This document shows, piece by piece, positions 40,654 to 42,121 of a stretch of 42,121 bases of DNA (position 1 is its first letter; the number at the start of each line of letters is the position of its first letter). The translations under genes were made by a program, and so were the position numbers. Under the pieces are notes generated by a model that was given only the letters and a program-made list of their open reading frames with translations, did no database searches and was not told the DNA's origin. Source of the DNA: an uncultured Nitrososphaeraceae archaeon (lineage in GTDB: Archaea > Thermoproteota > Nitrososphaeria > Nitrososphaerales > Nitrososphaeraceae); contig CAVXZB010000057.1 of NCBI GenBank assembly GCA_963765895.1, positions 1-42,121 on the forward strand, written 5' to 3'.

Positions 40654-41471
40654 ATGGACAAATTAGTGTCATCTTCTACTCGTATAGTTGATGTAAATTC
40701 TATAATGAGGAGATCTCAAACCAGAGTTTGGAAAACTCTAGAAGGAGAACCAGAATTTATTATTTCTGTTGCCGATACCCAAAATATTCTAGGAAAGTTG
40801 CTAAATCAAAAATGAATTTTGTTATTTTAAATGTCGATCTTGTGGCATCAACAAAGATGTCTATGACCCTCCCTTTAGATAAACTCACAATGATGATTCA
40901 AGCCTTCAATCAGGAAATGTCACTTGTGGTTAAAGAATTTGGTGGATTTATTCTAAAATATGTAGGAGACGCTGTTCTCGCCTTTTTCCTTGTTCCTAAC
41001 CATCAATCTCAACCAAGCATAGCATGTACCCATGCATTAAACTGCGCAAGATGCATGCTTCACGTAGCCAACGAAGGGATAAATCCAATTCTGAATCAAT
41101 ACGACTGCCCTGTAATGAATATAAGGATAGGAATAGACATTGGTGAAAATGCAATAATACAGAGCGGTTGGGACATTCACCCTAATATAACTAATGTAGA
41201 AGAAACTAGTAACAATAACAATATTTCCAAAAAAGAACAACCTCTCATAAAGAAACCAGTTTACGACATTTTAGGCTACAGTACAAGTATTGCAGTAAAA
41301 ATGACTGCACTTGCCAATCCTAATCATATGGTGATAGGTCAACTAGTTTATGATGTAATAGATGACAACCAAAAATCGCTTTTCGAACAGCTTACCATGA
41401 GTCGAGAAATTTGGAGTTATGTTAACACCAATACTGGAGGGAGTATTTATAATATTTATACAAATAAGTGA
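40654..41471 (+). CDS. Class III adenylate/guanylate cyclase-domain protein (one A missing near 40795)
   Basis: VDLVAST, KYVGDAV, IRIGID and YDILG. N-terminus MDKLVSS... is in an adjacent frame. Confidence 0.88.
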
Positions 41472-41499
41472 ATTATGCAGCTCCATTACACTCTCTATA

Positions 41500-41628
41500 C
41501 CCTGATGGCGCGTTGCCATATGTTACCACGACCGTAAAGCCGTTATGTGCCAGTCTTATTGCTATAGTGCCTTGGATCTCACGGAAGGCTCAGGTAACTA
41601 CAACGCTCTTGGTGAATGCATATCCCAT
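41500..41628 (-). pseudogene. Second SDR N-terminal remnant
   Basis: MGYAFTKSVVVT*AFREIQGTIAIRLAHNGFTVVVTYG resembles VTGASRGIG.AIA.RLA.DGF.VVVNY. Confidence 0.55.
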
Positions 41629-42121
41629 TAGTCCTGCACTCTATCCGCTCTTCACCGAACTCTAAAGCTTATCTTAAAATGCAAATGAAGTTCTGATCCA
41701 TTGGCGCAGTATTCTTTCTAATCGTGATGTTTCATCCATCGGGTTGCAAGCGTGGCCGGCAGTTCACCGGCGGTCACTGATAACTTCCAACATATAAGGA
41801 CTGATCATTTACCTCAATATTAATTCGGTAATTGGTAAGGTACGAAACCAAAATATCGGAAGCCCTGTAAAATGGAATGAACAGCAACTAATGCATAATG
41901 TATAGATAGCATCTATGATAATACCTCATTAACCCTGAAGGCAGCATATTACTCATACCCAATTTAACCCCTATTTACTTTCAATGACTATCCAAGTAAG
42001 GCGGTGTTCATAATCAACTTACCTAATAGTAATTCCTTGATGCAACGAACATAAAAGTGCCCCGATAGTATGTTACCAAAGTAGAGTCTAAACTAGGAGG
42101 ACAGACCAGTTCATGTCAGGG

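Noticed and set aside
164-41240. Numerous short antisense or overlapping ORFs in the track (e.g. 164, 1433, 3128, 14358, 23857, 27376, 36821, 38659, 39052)
   Set aside because: They are shadows of well-supported genes on the opposite strand or in another frame.

Overview
AT-rich accessory region that looks archaeal. The gene families (DUF6659-like, DUF1059, DUF1428, a Zn-ribbon-tailed tyrosine integrase, SOD with NFNGGGxDNH) and TATA boxes about 25-30 nt upstream of start codons point to a soil ammonia-oxidising archaeon (Nitrososphaeraceae-like); this is inferred by family recognition, not by a search. The core is an integrated plasmid-like element (~12.0-21.3 kb). It carries an integrase, a split C2HC zinc-finger protein, an RHH regulator, a PrimPol-PriCT-MCM fusion followed by a nested inverted repeat (candidate origin), a ParB-DNA methyltransferase fusion, an unannotated HsdR remnant and a SIR2-like protein. 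To its left are an IS5-family element (TIRs, TTA duplication, transposase disabled by a 4-bp duplication), duplicated or truncated HTH genes, and a compact RHH / FUN14 / MCM-like AAA+ module with three identically spaced TTACC-N10-GGTA(A/T) boxes. The right half is a stress, detoxification and transport region (RidA, two F420-dependent enzymes, membrane-anchored or secreted DJ-1/PfpI, SOD, MFS, Lrp/AsnC, nucleotide-sugar dehydrogenase, ABC permease, class III cyclase). About a dozen otherwise intact genes carry small frameshifts, mostly single-base, and many are probably sequencing errors. No rRNA, tRNA or CRISPR array was seen.
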